Assembly: GCA_964247055.1 (NCBI GenBank) | Contig: OZ176056.1 | Span: 1,116,001-1,180,000, forward strand | DNA from: Paragordius varius | Taxonomy: Eukaryota > Animalia > Nematomorpha | Direction of reading: 5' to 3' | Length of the DNA stretch: 64,000 bases | Translations under genes and position numbers: made by a program | Notes under the pieces: model-generated | What the model was told of the DNA's origin: nothing | The model's input: only the letters and a program-made list of their open reading frames with translations | Databases searched by the model: none | Shown: one piece after another, positions 52,801-64,000 of the stretch | How positions within the stretch are numbered: the first letter of the stretch is position 1 | Layout: the number at the start of each line of letters is the position of its first letter

Positions 52801-55720
52801 ATCCATTTGAAACACATAAGCTATTATAAATACAAAAATGATGAAACAAAAATTCTTATAACCCATAAATTTTACATGATTTAGGTAAAATTCAAAATTA
52901 TATTGGTAATATTTTTTAAAAAATAATTTAATAGGTGTAAATACCTTCATAATTTATTTTTATTCGTGCAACTATGCTATTTGATTTGGAATCACGAAAT
53001 TCATAGGTACCTTGCTGATTGGGTTGAAAATTTTTACTTAATGAAAGTCCAAAGTGATTATCTTTTGTTATATATCCAAACATATTTTCGCCATGTATTC
53101 TATGTTGGTTTTGCCAAATTTCTAAAGTTATGGTAGGATCCTAAATCACAAAAATTGGTTATTACATGATATAAATTATATGTTAAAAAATTTTTATAAT
53201 ACCCATTTGTCAGTTAAGCGGAACCTATAGTTGTCTGTATTGTTCTCTATTTTCACCACAGTCTTTTCCAAAATAACTATTAGCAAAATGTATAAATAAT
53301 GACATATCTTTTGTATGAAGCCTTTACTTTAATATTCATTAGCAACGATGCCGCCACTTACATATAATGTAAAGCCGCTTTATGGAAATTAGATGAAAGA
53401 GTGTTATATATATTTTTTAAAATTAATTAATTTGGGAGGTTTACATTAGAAAATATATTTGTAATGAGTAAGTGAAAAAAATCCTTAAAACTTTTAAATT
53501 TGCATTTCACAAAAATGGTTTTTAGTTGGGAAAGCCTCCATGTGTCCACACAATCAGAATAATCTAATAAATATTTTCACTTATTAAATATGCCCTCACC
53601 TATAGCTTGAATGTTGATGTAATGTTTTATGTAATTAGCACATTCAACTGAAAGTCTTGAATTTTCAAATGTTAGAGGTTTAATTTCCAGAGTAGATGTG
53701 TATTCAAAAAATTCAACAGCTATTGGAGATTCGGCACTAATTGGACTCTTGTAGTAGTAAAAACGAGGTGTTACACATTTTGAATTTAATGTCACTATTT
53801 TGTTGGGCTGGTTCATTTGATAATAAATAGCATGGTTTTCTAATAATGCCAAAGCGATAATTTAAAAGTTTATTATAAGCCAATAATTTGGTAAACTAAT
53901 TATATAAACAAGAATGTCGTTTCTAAAAAGTTTTTTTAAATCTTTAAAACTAGTCTTATAAGTATATAATTTGGTGAAATGCAATAATTCACAAAACACT
54001 ATGAGACATTTAGTTATATTGTTTAATCTTTTGATTAGTTGCAATGTTAATCATATTTAACCTGTTTCATATATGGTGATTTGGGTCACTGTGTTAGAAT
54101 CTGTAGATTTAATATAATAAAGGCCTCCAACATCTTCATGTGAAAATTTTAAAACACCCAAGCATCCTGTAATTTCGAGTTTTGGCTTAGGCCCATGCGT
54201 TTTGTATAATTTTAAGTTTTGTTCTAGGCAATTTTTGTTATCATTTATATCACCAAATAATACAATGGATTTCGTCGGATTTTTCGTATCGTATTCTATC
54301 TTTGTTTTATCTGCAATCATATATAAGTTCGAATTTTGTATCAAAAGTGCAGTTATATATATTTTTACCAGAGAACAGATTTTTATAAGTCACCTGCTCT
54401 TAAATATATTTCTAATAATATATTATAATCAATATCAAAGTATTTAATGCCTCATAAAAGGGAATAGTAAAAATATGGATGTTTATAAGCGCATTTTAAA
54501 ATCGGATAATATCTATAGATTATTGTATCAAATTAGTCATATGATATTTACTATAAAATGTATATGGTATTAGGGCTCATTTAGCTAAGAAACATAATAC
54601 TTTACAAGCTGGTTAAATTTTATTTCTAATTCGTTGGTTTATTATAAGCATTATTTAGCCTAACTTAAAGGTCTATATGCATTCCCAAAAATATATTCAT
54701 GATATAAAATTTGTCATAATGTTAATAAAATTGTTGATTTCTTTGTTTGGTAACCGAAAATTTCAATCAATAATTAAAAAGTTAAGGCATCCCAAGTTTA
54801 GGGTAATTTCGAAAAATATTAGTTACTTTAGAACACAAATTTTTTTATAGAACAATTCTAGGCATTTAATTAATATTAATTTATAAATAATCTTTAGAAT
54901 TAGCATAATTAAATATATTTTTGCCCTTTTTTGTTAATATAAGTTTATAATTTATAAGATTACTTGTTATTGGGTATATGTCATATATGAAAGTTTGATT
55001 GCATATATTGAAAACCTTTTTAATCGGTTGTCGCGTTACTAAACTTTTCTCATATCTAAAGTCAACCGAAAAATAATAAATAATTAATAATTTATGCTGA
55101 AAAATTAATGTATTTTATCAACATATACTTTTTATATATTCCATGCGGTTCGATTATATTAGTGAGTTTATATTTTTCGGGTAATGTATTATTTAGGCTT
55201 CTCAAGCATTCCACATGTACTGGTACAATAAATTTGGCCTTTTTGTAGTCGGCAAACACAATTGCTATTAAACAATAAATGGTATAACTAATTATTTATT
55301 CCAGATATTTAGTTAAGTATCTTTGAAATTATATTCAAAAATTCAATTCATTTATCCATATATATATTTATTCTATACTCTATAAGCATAATTGATGCGG
55401 TATTATATATTTTTATATTCATACTTATGCTATTAACTGTGGAAAAATTATAATAATAATAATAATAATATATTTTATTAATTTATACTTAAATAATAAT
55501 AATTTGATTTAAACAAACTTGTGATGTTAACACGGATAGTTAAAAGTGGCGCCCATTGTTTATTTTCGGTTTTGTACTCGACTTGATAAACATTACTGTA
55601 TCTGTAATCTATATGCGATGGAAATTTAATCGTCAAAGTAGTTTTTTCACCATTTTCCGCCTCCAAACGAGGATAAGTTACAACTAATGGTGATATTTGA
55701 AATTCAGTCGCTTTCTAAAT
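49883..55720 (-). CDS. Multi-exon orphan protein with beta-sandwich (Ig/cadherin-like) modules
   Basis: Phase-matched exons near 55720-55520, 55270-55130, 54315-54063, 53840-53600, 53563-53495, 53281-53208, 53140-53008, 52830-52768, 52085-52014 and 50500-50290, plus ORF 49883-50233. Motifs include FSHEDVGGLYYI and LDEERNAYQISVTL. Two joins do not phase and may indicate two genes or decay. Confidence 0.45.
50620..51650 (-). mobile_element. Degenerate KRBA2/SCAND3-type (Ginger2-like) rve integrase relic inside an intron
   Basis: Broken-frame peptides KGAKDNSKSQGQ (cf. HGKPRHSQSQGSVE), SNWNDGLKWLYF (cf. TNWSQGLRFVQF), INYALFLARRKRVEL (cf. PYEAMFG...RVGL) and YMVNMRYQYG..IMYDY (cf. DLIDMQ...ILVYQD). 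Termini not identified. Confidence 0.42.
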
Positions 55721-57591
55721 AAAAACACCAGATTAGATATATGCAGCAATCACGGTTACAATTGTTAAAATATAATCTATATATTTATAAAAATGGAAAA
55801 TGCTGGCTTTGTGATCTGGTACCGGAAAACCGATAGACTTATTCAAATCCAAACTTCGAAAAAATATATTCATTAATGAATGCCCCGACAATAGCTTCGC
55901 CATTTTTTGAAATAGGCCCCCAGTTCGGGCCCACCCCGTGTGGAAAACGGGGTTTTTTCTTGAAAACAGCACAAAAATGTCTTTAAGACAATTTTCTGGA
56001 GAACGTGTTGGACCATTCACTTTCAAATATGATTTTTGTTTACTTATTTTTGATCGCGCCGAACATAGTCGACTCACTTTTTTGATTTAGGCCCTCTTTA
56101 TACCCGCTACCCCCGTAAAATGCCATTTTTTTTCAAAAAACAAAGTCCACAAAAATAATTTTTTATAAATCTATTTTTCCCCCAAGTAAACAATATGTTC
56201 GTATGGATGCACCGTTTTAAAATTCCTATAAAATCATATTTAAATTGTTTCCGAAAAAATCCACATATGTGGATCATTTTATTGTCCTTTATTTCATAGC
56301 CCCTCCTCCCAGAAGTCCGAAGTAGTTATAAATAATAATTAAAAAAATTTAGGAATATTTAAAGGAGTCATAGTTCTATAAGTTTAGTGTAATTTATGAT
56401 GAAATATGATAACGTCTCTTTATAATATATTTATTATTTGGTTGCCAACTGTTGTACTTTTTATTTTTATAATAATTATTGGCCTAGGCCAAATTATATT
56501 TTTGAAATTTATAGAAATTTCCAACTTTTGTCCTGATTGTCGACTTATGCACAGTGTTTATAAAAAATATCCTAATGTATATAATTGTATATTGATAAGA
56601 AAATGTATCAGTATTATTATAATGCTTTTGCCCCTTACGAATGAAGGATACGATTTCGTGGCTGCTCCATATAAAATGTAAAAATTTGCCCACATTTTGC
56701 AAATTAATATTTTGGGGGTGAAAGCTAAGTTATTTTCAAAATATATATCCAAAACATTATGGTAATTTCCATGGTAGAAACGGCATAAACTTGTATATTA
56801 TATATATTTGACGATAGTGAACATTTCTTTCACCTCCTTTTTATTTAAAGGTTCGGTCACTTTTGAATTTGGGTGAATTTTTGTAAAAAATAATTATATC
56901 CAGCATAAATTTGAATCCGAACAAATAAATTAAAATTCTGAGGTGGTACGAATTAAAAAAATTTTCATAGTATCTTAAAGCTTTTTAATACCGATTCCAT
57001 CATCCTCTAAAATAGAATAAAGTACATTCTAAATTGTTGCTAATATTTGAACACTATGTATTTTTTAAAAATATCTTGCCACGATCAAACATACATTAAA
57101 ATATTATATCGCAAAATCTCGGAATTTTTGCCTTTATTTTAAGACAACTAGCCCATCTTAAAATAATAAATTTGGGACTTTGGGGGCACCTATTATATTT
57201 TATATTTTGCGTTTTAAATATAGTATATCATATATTTTAATGATATTTTTATAATAAAGCATTTAGCTTTTACCAAAATTTTTTATTAAAGAGCTGCGTT
57301 AATTAATTTTTTATTAAAGAGCTGCGAAGTTACCACAAACGGAAAATAAATTTCCTATATCACTCTTAGATCTCAAAACCAAAAGCACCATGATATCCGG
57401 ATATCCGAATATATTTATCTATAGAATATTATTATTTTATCAGAATATTTTTTTTATTACTTCCGATTGACGCAGTGTTATGATAAAATCGTGTGTTAAT
57501 CGGGACTTCCTCATACCAAATTTGATAATAAAAATTATATGAATCAACAGGAGTATAGATGGTTAGTCCGCTTAGTTGCAAGTTATATATA

Positions 57592-59050
57592 CCATTTACA
57601 GTTCAAATTTACCCTTTAATAATTTAAATTCCCTTTCGAACAATTCAAATTCACCCTAAAATAAATTATGTGTTTTTTAAGATTATATATTCCCTATATT
57701 TTTATATTTTTAAAAAAAGAAATTTTGTATATAATCAAAATAATACTGAAAAAATAATAAACTTTGCCATAAAAATATATTTAATTTTAATGATGAGTTA
57801 TGTTAGACCGAAATTTCACAATTTATTTTAGGGTGAATTTGAATTGTTTAACACTTGGATATTGCACTTATATAACATTGATAAACCGAAATATATATAA
57901 TTTTATTCAAAAATACTTGATATTACTTATTTTAAGCTAAAACCGAAAGGTAAAAATTTCGTCAACGTGCCATGTGTCAAATTGTAAAATTAAAGAATAA
58001 TACAAAATAAACCGCTTTTTCTATTTCTATCAATGTTAGATGTGATTTATATAAAAAATTAGCTTTAGTTTTATTAATTACCTTCTTGAACACGTACAGA
58101 TTTCTCAAAATATTTAAAGCATTTTTATACCATTCATATGTGTTAAAATACCATGAAGTATGCTTTAAAAAATATTCATTTTTAAAAATTTTTTTGATTT
58201 TATATATTAAAAATTCTTATCACACCATTTCGGTATGCATATTTTCTAAATATCGCTCGTTTCTGAGGGGATTACGAAAAACCCCCCATCTAAAATTTTT
58301 AAATTTGATATGAAAAATGTTTCGCTTTTTTATAGTTTATGTTAAATTTTAATAATGATGTTTTTTGGTACGAAGCTTAGCTCTTATCAAATAATATATA
58401 TTAGATATAATAGGAATAATTTTGAGACTTTTTAGAAGTCATTACCAAAAAAGCGAAATGGATTTCTTATATTCATCGTAGGGCCTAATACCAAAAGCCC
58501 CATGATTATCCTGATACATTTTTCTATCAGATTATCAGGATATTTTTTTACTGCACTTATATAACATTGATAAACCAAAATATATAAAAAAATTTATTCA
58601 AAAGTACTTGATATTACTTATTTTAAGCTAAAACCGAAAGGTAAAAATTTCGTCAACGTGCCATGTGTCAAATTGTAAAATTAAAGAATAATACAAAATA
58701 AACGGCTTTTTCTATTTCTATCAATGTTAAATGTGATTTATATAAAAAATTAACTTTAGTTTTACCCTTAAAATTAAATGAAGACGATATTTTGCAAAAA
58801 TTTTGTAAAATAAAAATGGCGTCGAAGTAGTTTGAGATGGAACTTTTTTTTTCAAAACAAAATTTTATCAAGATGTCATATTTATATACTTTTTATGAGG
58901 ACAGAAGCATAAATTTAAATTGGGGCTGTTTCCTTCAGTAGTTTTTTAATAATATTAATTTAAATATAGTCTGGGGTATTTAGATACCCCAATTTAAATT
59001 GAAGTGTTAAGGGTGGATTTGAATTGTTCCCGGGTGATTACTGTAAATGG
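57592..59050 (+). mobile_element. MITE family A interrupted by a family C element
   Basis: Left TIR at 57592; right TIR split at a duplicated TTAA (57848-57851 / 59007-59010) and resuming gggtggatttgaattg...GTAAATGG-TATA. Confidence 0.85.
57852..59006 (+). mobile_element. Composite family C element with internal ~210-bp direct duplication
   Basis: TTAA-CACTTGGAT ... TTGAAGTG-TTAA; 57863-58073 is repeated nearly identically at 58552-58764. Confidence 0.8.
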
Positions 59051-59960
59051 TATATTAGTATATTCTAATTAGCAACAGAGACCATGAGAAACACAAATTT
59101 TGTTGACAGTGTTTACCACGTGTCATAGTTGAGACGGGGTTCGTCCTTCTTGTGGACTCATCAGTCACACAATGAACACGGGTAAACACTGTCAGTTGAG
59201 GAAATGTAAGTTTTTTAAATAATTTGAAAGCGAAAAGAGTCGGGGAAATGAATATGTGCTTATACGCCATATTGGACAACCGAATCTACTAGAATTAAGC
59301 CAGATTTATGACTTCTCATAAATCCTTAAGCCAGGAATAAGCTTTTTTTAATTAGAAAGTCAGAAAATTGTTGGCGAAAGGCGCCATCTCCTTATAAATT
59401 ATAAATCAACAGGAGTAGAGATAGTTAGTTCACTTAGTTGCAGGTTGAATATATTAGTAGATCCTAATCAGCAACAGAGACTATGAGAAATCCAAATTTT
59501 GTTGACAGTTAACTATCTGTACTCCTGTTGATTTATAACCCATAAGGAGATGGCGCCTTTCGCATACAATCTACTGAGATTTTAATTTTAAAATGTTTAT
59601 CTGGCTTAAGGATTATAAGGAGTCATAATATCTGGCAAGTACAATCAGTTGTTTAAAATGGACTCTAAGCTCTGAAATATTCATTTCCCCGACTCTATTC
59701 AATTTCAAATTATCTAAAACTCAATATATATATGCAATTTCTCAACTGACTGTGTTTACCCGTGTTCATTATGTGTGACTCATGAGTTCACAAGAGGACG
59801 AAACGCGTCTCACACATGACACGTGGTAAACACTATCAACAAAATTATTAGGATATACAAATATATCCAACCTGCAACTAAGTGGATTAACTATCTCTAC
59901 TCCTGTTGATTGGCGCCTTCCGCCTTAAATTTTCAGATTTTCTAAAAATTAATTGCTTTT
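59051..59960. repeat. ~400-bp unit tandem repeat with internal inversion
   Basis: Unit 59055-59454 restarts at 59455; 59510-59846 is the reverse complement of ~59100-59431; ~59850-59960 is the reverse complement of the unit end. Confidence 0.8.
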
Positions 59961-60659
59961 AGAATCCGAAAATGGAGGTTAAACACCAATCGTGGAAATA
60001 AATGCAACAGAATGACATTGCTAATGCTTTTTTTAAATTAATAACAACGGTTGATTTTTATCGTTTAATAAACCAATGAATATTTTAAATTGGATTTTTT
60101 TCAAATGTTAAAATGTTTGCGATTTTCTGCAATGATATTTTTACAAAACAAACTTGTTTAATGATAAACTCTGAATCTCTAACATTTAAAAACTCGTCAT
60201 TCTATGTATGATTCCTTGTGTTTTATGATAATTTTTATATTTTTAATCCCTTAATTTATTTTGGATATGAAATGATATAGTGTTATATAATATATATATA
60301 TTTACCAATTAATATACTTTTTTTTAATTCTAGTGTTTGTAAACTGTTTTATTGAGAAGGTATTTAACGGATCGTTTCGTTGATTATATTGATATTAGTT
60401 AAACCTAGAAAATGTTTTTTGATTTCAGTTCTCAATTAATTCTATATCAAGCAATTTTTTCGGAATTAAAAATATGTTAGCGACTCTATCGTAAAAATTT
60501 AGTCTTTAAACTCATATGACATATTCCTAATTTGGAAACCAATACGATATGTATTATGCTGAGACCCCTTGAAAATATCTATGATAAATATTTAAACTCA
60601 CACTCCTGAATATGATTTATTTTAATATATAACAAAGTTTGGGATGATATTTTGACTTA

Positions 60660-63600
60660 TGAGTAGAAACTGCTTAGTTGGAAGGCCAAAATAGTAATGG
60701 TTTACCCTTATCAACAACCAACACTGTTCCGTTTGTAACTTTATAGAAACTGATTTTTTGGTTCTTACTCAAAACTTCTGTATAAATATTGCAAAAAAAG
60801 TAACTTCCATATGACATTAGATATGATTGTTAAAAAAATTTAAATTTAGCTGTTTTTACAACTAACAACATATTTAAACATATATAAATTTTATTGTTTC
60901 AAATTTTTATCCCTTTAAAGTTTATTATGAAATTTTATTTATGTAGCATGATTAAGGCGTATATTTAATATTGTTTCCTATTAAGAAACAATTTATATAA
61001 TTTAGCTTTTAAGTAGGCAAGATTTTTTACCAGAAATTATTGATTTAAAAAAGGTGTCATAATCTTAATTTCGTCAGGACTTTATAAATCGAATTCGCTA
61101 TTTGGTAAATGGGGTCGCAAATTTAATTATATTTATGATCATTAGAGTAGATCCTAATGCTTATTTTTTATGAATTTTTCATATAGAGTATATAATAATA
61201 GAACTTATTCTTTAATAGAAATTTTGAAAATTGCAAAATGAGTATTTTAATCTTTCCAGCGCTCTAAATTCAAATTTATTTTATTATACTTTATGCGAAT
61301 TAAAATTAAATTTGGCCGAGTGTTCACTAATATTATTTTTATTATTAAACGATTACTTTGGCCACTAGAAGAAAAAACTATAATTCTGTTCTTTCAACCC
61401 TGAAAATTTAATTCACTCTTACTCCTTATATGTCTTTTGATGAGACGATGAATTTTAATCAACAAAAATCGATGCATTATTAAAGGAAATGGCTAATTAA
61501 AAATGGGCATATACGATTATCGGAAAATTGTAATTACACAGCTTTTGTTTAAATTTAAACAAAAGTACACCTATCCAAGAAAATGGTGTATTTTTTTGAA
61601 CACTCTTTGAAAGACGGGGGCAAAGGCGAATAAATTCCGAATGACTTAAAACTATAATTAAGGCATTCAAACACAAAATATCTTTTCGCCATCAAGTGAT
61701 ACAAAAAAATCCTCATTTGCAGCTATTAAATTTTATCATTTTAACTTTAAATTAATAAATTAATGTGTCATCAAAGTTTGCAAAACTTTATGGATACAAA
61801 AAACCATATTTACCAGATTCAATTCTTTGATTATTGGATCGATTGGTTCTCCAACAATGTAATTAACCACAATTTCATTATTATCTAATATTAAAATATA
61901 TATTTTTAATATTATATTAAATATTAAATTAAATTTCCTTAAAATGCAAATAATATTCAATAAAAAAAATTACCTTTGGAATCCACCACATTATTTGAGT
62001 TGGCATAACAATTTTTAAAATAAATTAGTGATAATATTGAAATAAGGTAAAAAATTGAGCGACGCATTTAAAAAAACTGAAGATATAATTTTACAATTAT
62101 TAGTATCGAAAATTAAAATTTAGATAAAATCTAAAAAAATAAAAAATAAAAATAATTGATGCAAATCACAAACGCTTTTTTATACCAATTATAAGTTAAT
62201 ATTATCTAGAGAGGTGAGCTGTATCGTATATCAAATAGTTATTATCAGCTCAGATACAATTTGATTAATATCTGTATTTTTTTTTATAAAAATAGAAGCA
62301 TACACCTTAGGTTTATTTGTACATTCACCTTCTTTTTAACAGGCTTGGGTTTTTTAAATTACATCGAACAAGATAATGTTAATATATGGACTGAATTTTG
62401 CTTCAATATAACTAATATGTTAACAATCAAACATTACCAAATAAGGCAATGTTCGAAATCATTAATCTAATAATTATTATTGTATTGATATTTAAAAATA
62501 GAAATTTTTTTACAAAAAAAAATCAATACATTTACAAAATACTAGAGTTAGTCTATGTTATACATTATATTGTGTAAATTATTTTAACCTTTATGAAAAT
62601 TACATTACAATATAAACAAATATATCAAATATAGACGCATTTCGCAATATTTAGTGTAGCAATCGAAACAGTAACTAATAACTTCCGGTTCTAATACTAT
62701 CTTTTAGCCAGTGGATATCTTTTTAACAAAAACAGTTTCCGATTTCATTAATTCAGGTTTCATCGTTTTGCCCAATTTTCTACATTTATTATGTAAATAA
62801 ATATATACACAATTGTAGAAAAGCAAATTATACTATGCTATTTTTCGTTTTAATAAAGATGGGTAAGTATCGGGGTGTGTTAAAAATAAAATAAAGAAAA
62901 AATATTTTTTGTCCCTCACTTCTGTTGTTGATTCCAAAAAGGCTAAAGGGTTTTAAAAAATAGTCAACTCTAATCCTGTCTATATCCACGCCACTGGTTA
63001 GCATATAAGTTAGTTGTCCAAAAAAGCTCCTGCAAATTTTAACAAAGTGTAGACTAATACAAATCGGAATATTTTTTATTTTATGTTTTTGTTTTATAAC
63101 AAATTTAACTAATCATTATATTTTATTTATTAAAATATTATTATTCTAAAACCATTTGTCCATAATAAGCGATTTAATATTAAAAAATAATTATTGTTGA
63201 AACTGCGATATCTCAATTGTCCCATTCTAATCCAGTTTATGTTTAAAAAGATGGTTAGTTCGCGTTACAAATATTTTTTACCATAATTTGCAAAATTTTA
63301 CATGATTTTGTTAAATAATTATATCTTATATCTGGGCCAAAATAATTTTTAAAAATTAGCTAGCAAAATAGGTATAAGATAATTAAAGTGAAAATATATG
63401 GTTCTTATTACTAGTTGACACGACCCGAAATTGGGTTATTGTCAATATTAGTTGTTAAACCACTTATTTAACTCCATCTACCCTCTCCACAAAAAAGTTT
63501 TTTTGATCATCGCGCCAAAGTCTCAACAGTTTACATTTATAACAGATGCTGAAATAAATTAAAGGGTATTAAAAAAGCGGTATTTTCAAAAAATCGCGAA

Positions 63601-63780
63601 GCAATTTTATTGTGAGCGGAACCATATACCAATATTTTCCAATTATAACAGTTTATTTAATTTAATAGGCCATCAAAAATTTATTTTAATATTTACACCA
63701 AATTCACCATTTGTGTGTAATGTAATGTCCACAAATATATTTGATATAGAACTGTTCCATCTAATTTACTTGATCTTGGT
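60660..63780 (-). CDS. Possible multi-exon orphan gene
   Basis: AG/GT-bounded open segments, e.g. YANSNNVVDSK|DNNEIVVNYIVGEPIDPIIKELNL (62010-61810, phase 1 join), ISYIEAKFSPYINIILFD (~62400) and VLSKNQKISFYKVTNGTVLVVDK (~60780). Not assembled. Confidence 0.25.
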
Positions 63781-64000
63781 CAATATTCACTCATGAATAC
63801 ATATACCGCGTTATTAAAAATAACATAAATTAGCGAATAAAAAAATTGCTTGAACTTAAGTCTATAGTTATATTAAATGTTAATTGAAGACGGGGCCTAT
63901 TTTAGTGATCTCAAGGATCATTTTATCTTTATAATGAAACCGTACGTGTTATTTTTTTTCTACCTATTAAGGTGAAATTAAACCACCAGATAGTATCCAA

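Noticed and set aside
55733-56752. Track ORFs 55733..56077, 56406..56681, 56484..56702 and 56558..56752
   Set aside because: Overlapping frames without recognisable motifs or consistent splice sites; partly repeat-like sequence.
62708-62997. Possible MITE with CCAGTGG ends and ttag flanks
   Set aside because: Only a 7-bp TIR, a single copy in the window, and the TSD length does not fit hAT.
1-64000. Alternative genetic code (TAA/TAG reassignment) to explain broken orphan exons
   Set aside because: The long conserved exons of RAD9, E2F7/8 and SERBP1 contain no in-frame TAA/TAG, and SERBP1 ends in TAA right after its conserved tail.

Overview
Very AT-rich (by eye about three-quarters A/T), intron-containing eukaryotic DNA in the standard genetic code. 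It is almost certainly animal, given RAD9, an atypical E2F7/8 and SERBP1/VIG. Fast-evolving proteins, 30-36 nt introns and orphan secreted genes suggest a reduced or parasitic lineage (myxozoan-like is a guess, not shown). I built these gene models by hand from GT-AG sites and phase matching: an unnamed minus-strand gene (~0.7-4.0 kb), RAD9 (minus, 4 exons) head-to-head with E2F7/8 (plus, 11 exons) across 242 bp, and SERBP1/HABP4 (plus, 9 exons). From ~18 kb and again from ~43 kb there are lineage-specific multi-exon genes that look secreted or surface-located; one has a degenerate PEBP-like fold and one is built from Ig-like phase-1 modules. Mobile DNA is dense: three MITE families (A: 21-bp-array TIRs with probable TATA target; B: CAGT TIRs with TA target; C: CACTT TIRs with TTAA target), often nested; a full-length decayed hAT with a perfect 8-bp TSD; a decayed Ty3/gypsy; and a probable KRBA2/Ginger2-type integrase relic. 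Best leads: a SERBP1 intron that is essentially one MITE whose TIR supplies the GT donor; an in-window empty site pointing to a 4-bp TATA TSD for family A; and the motif-less, possibly tandem PEBP-like protein. All family assignments come from remembered motifs; no searches were run.
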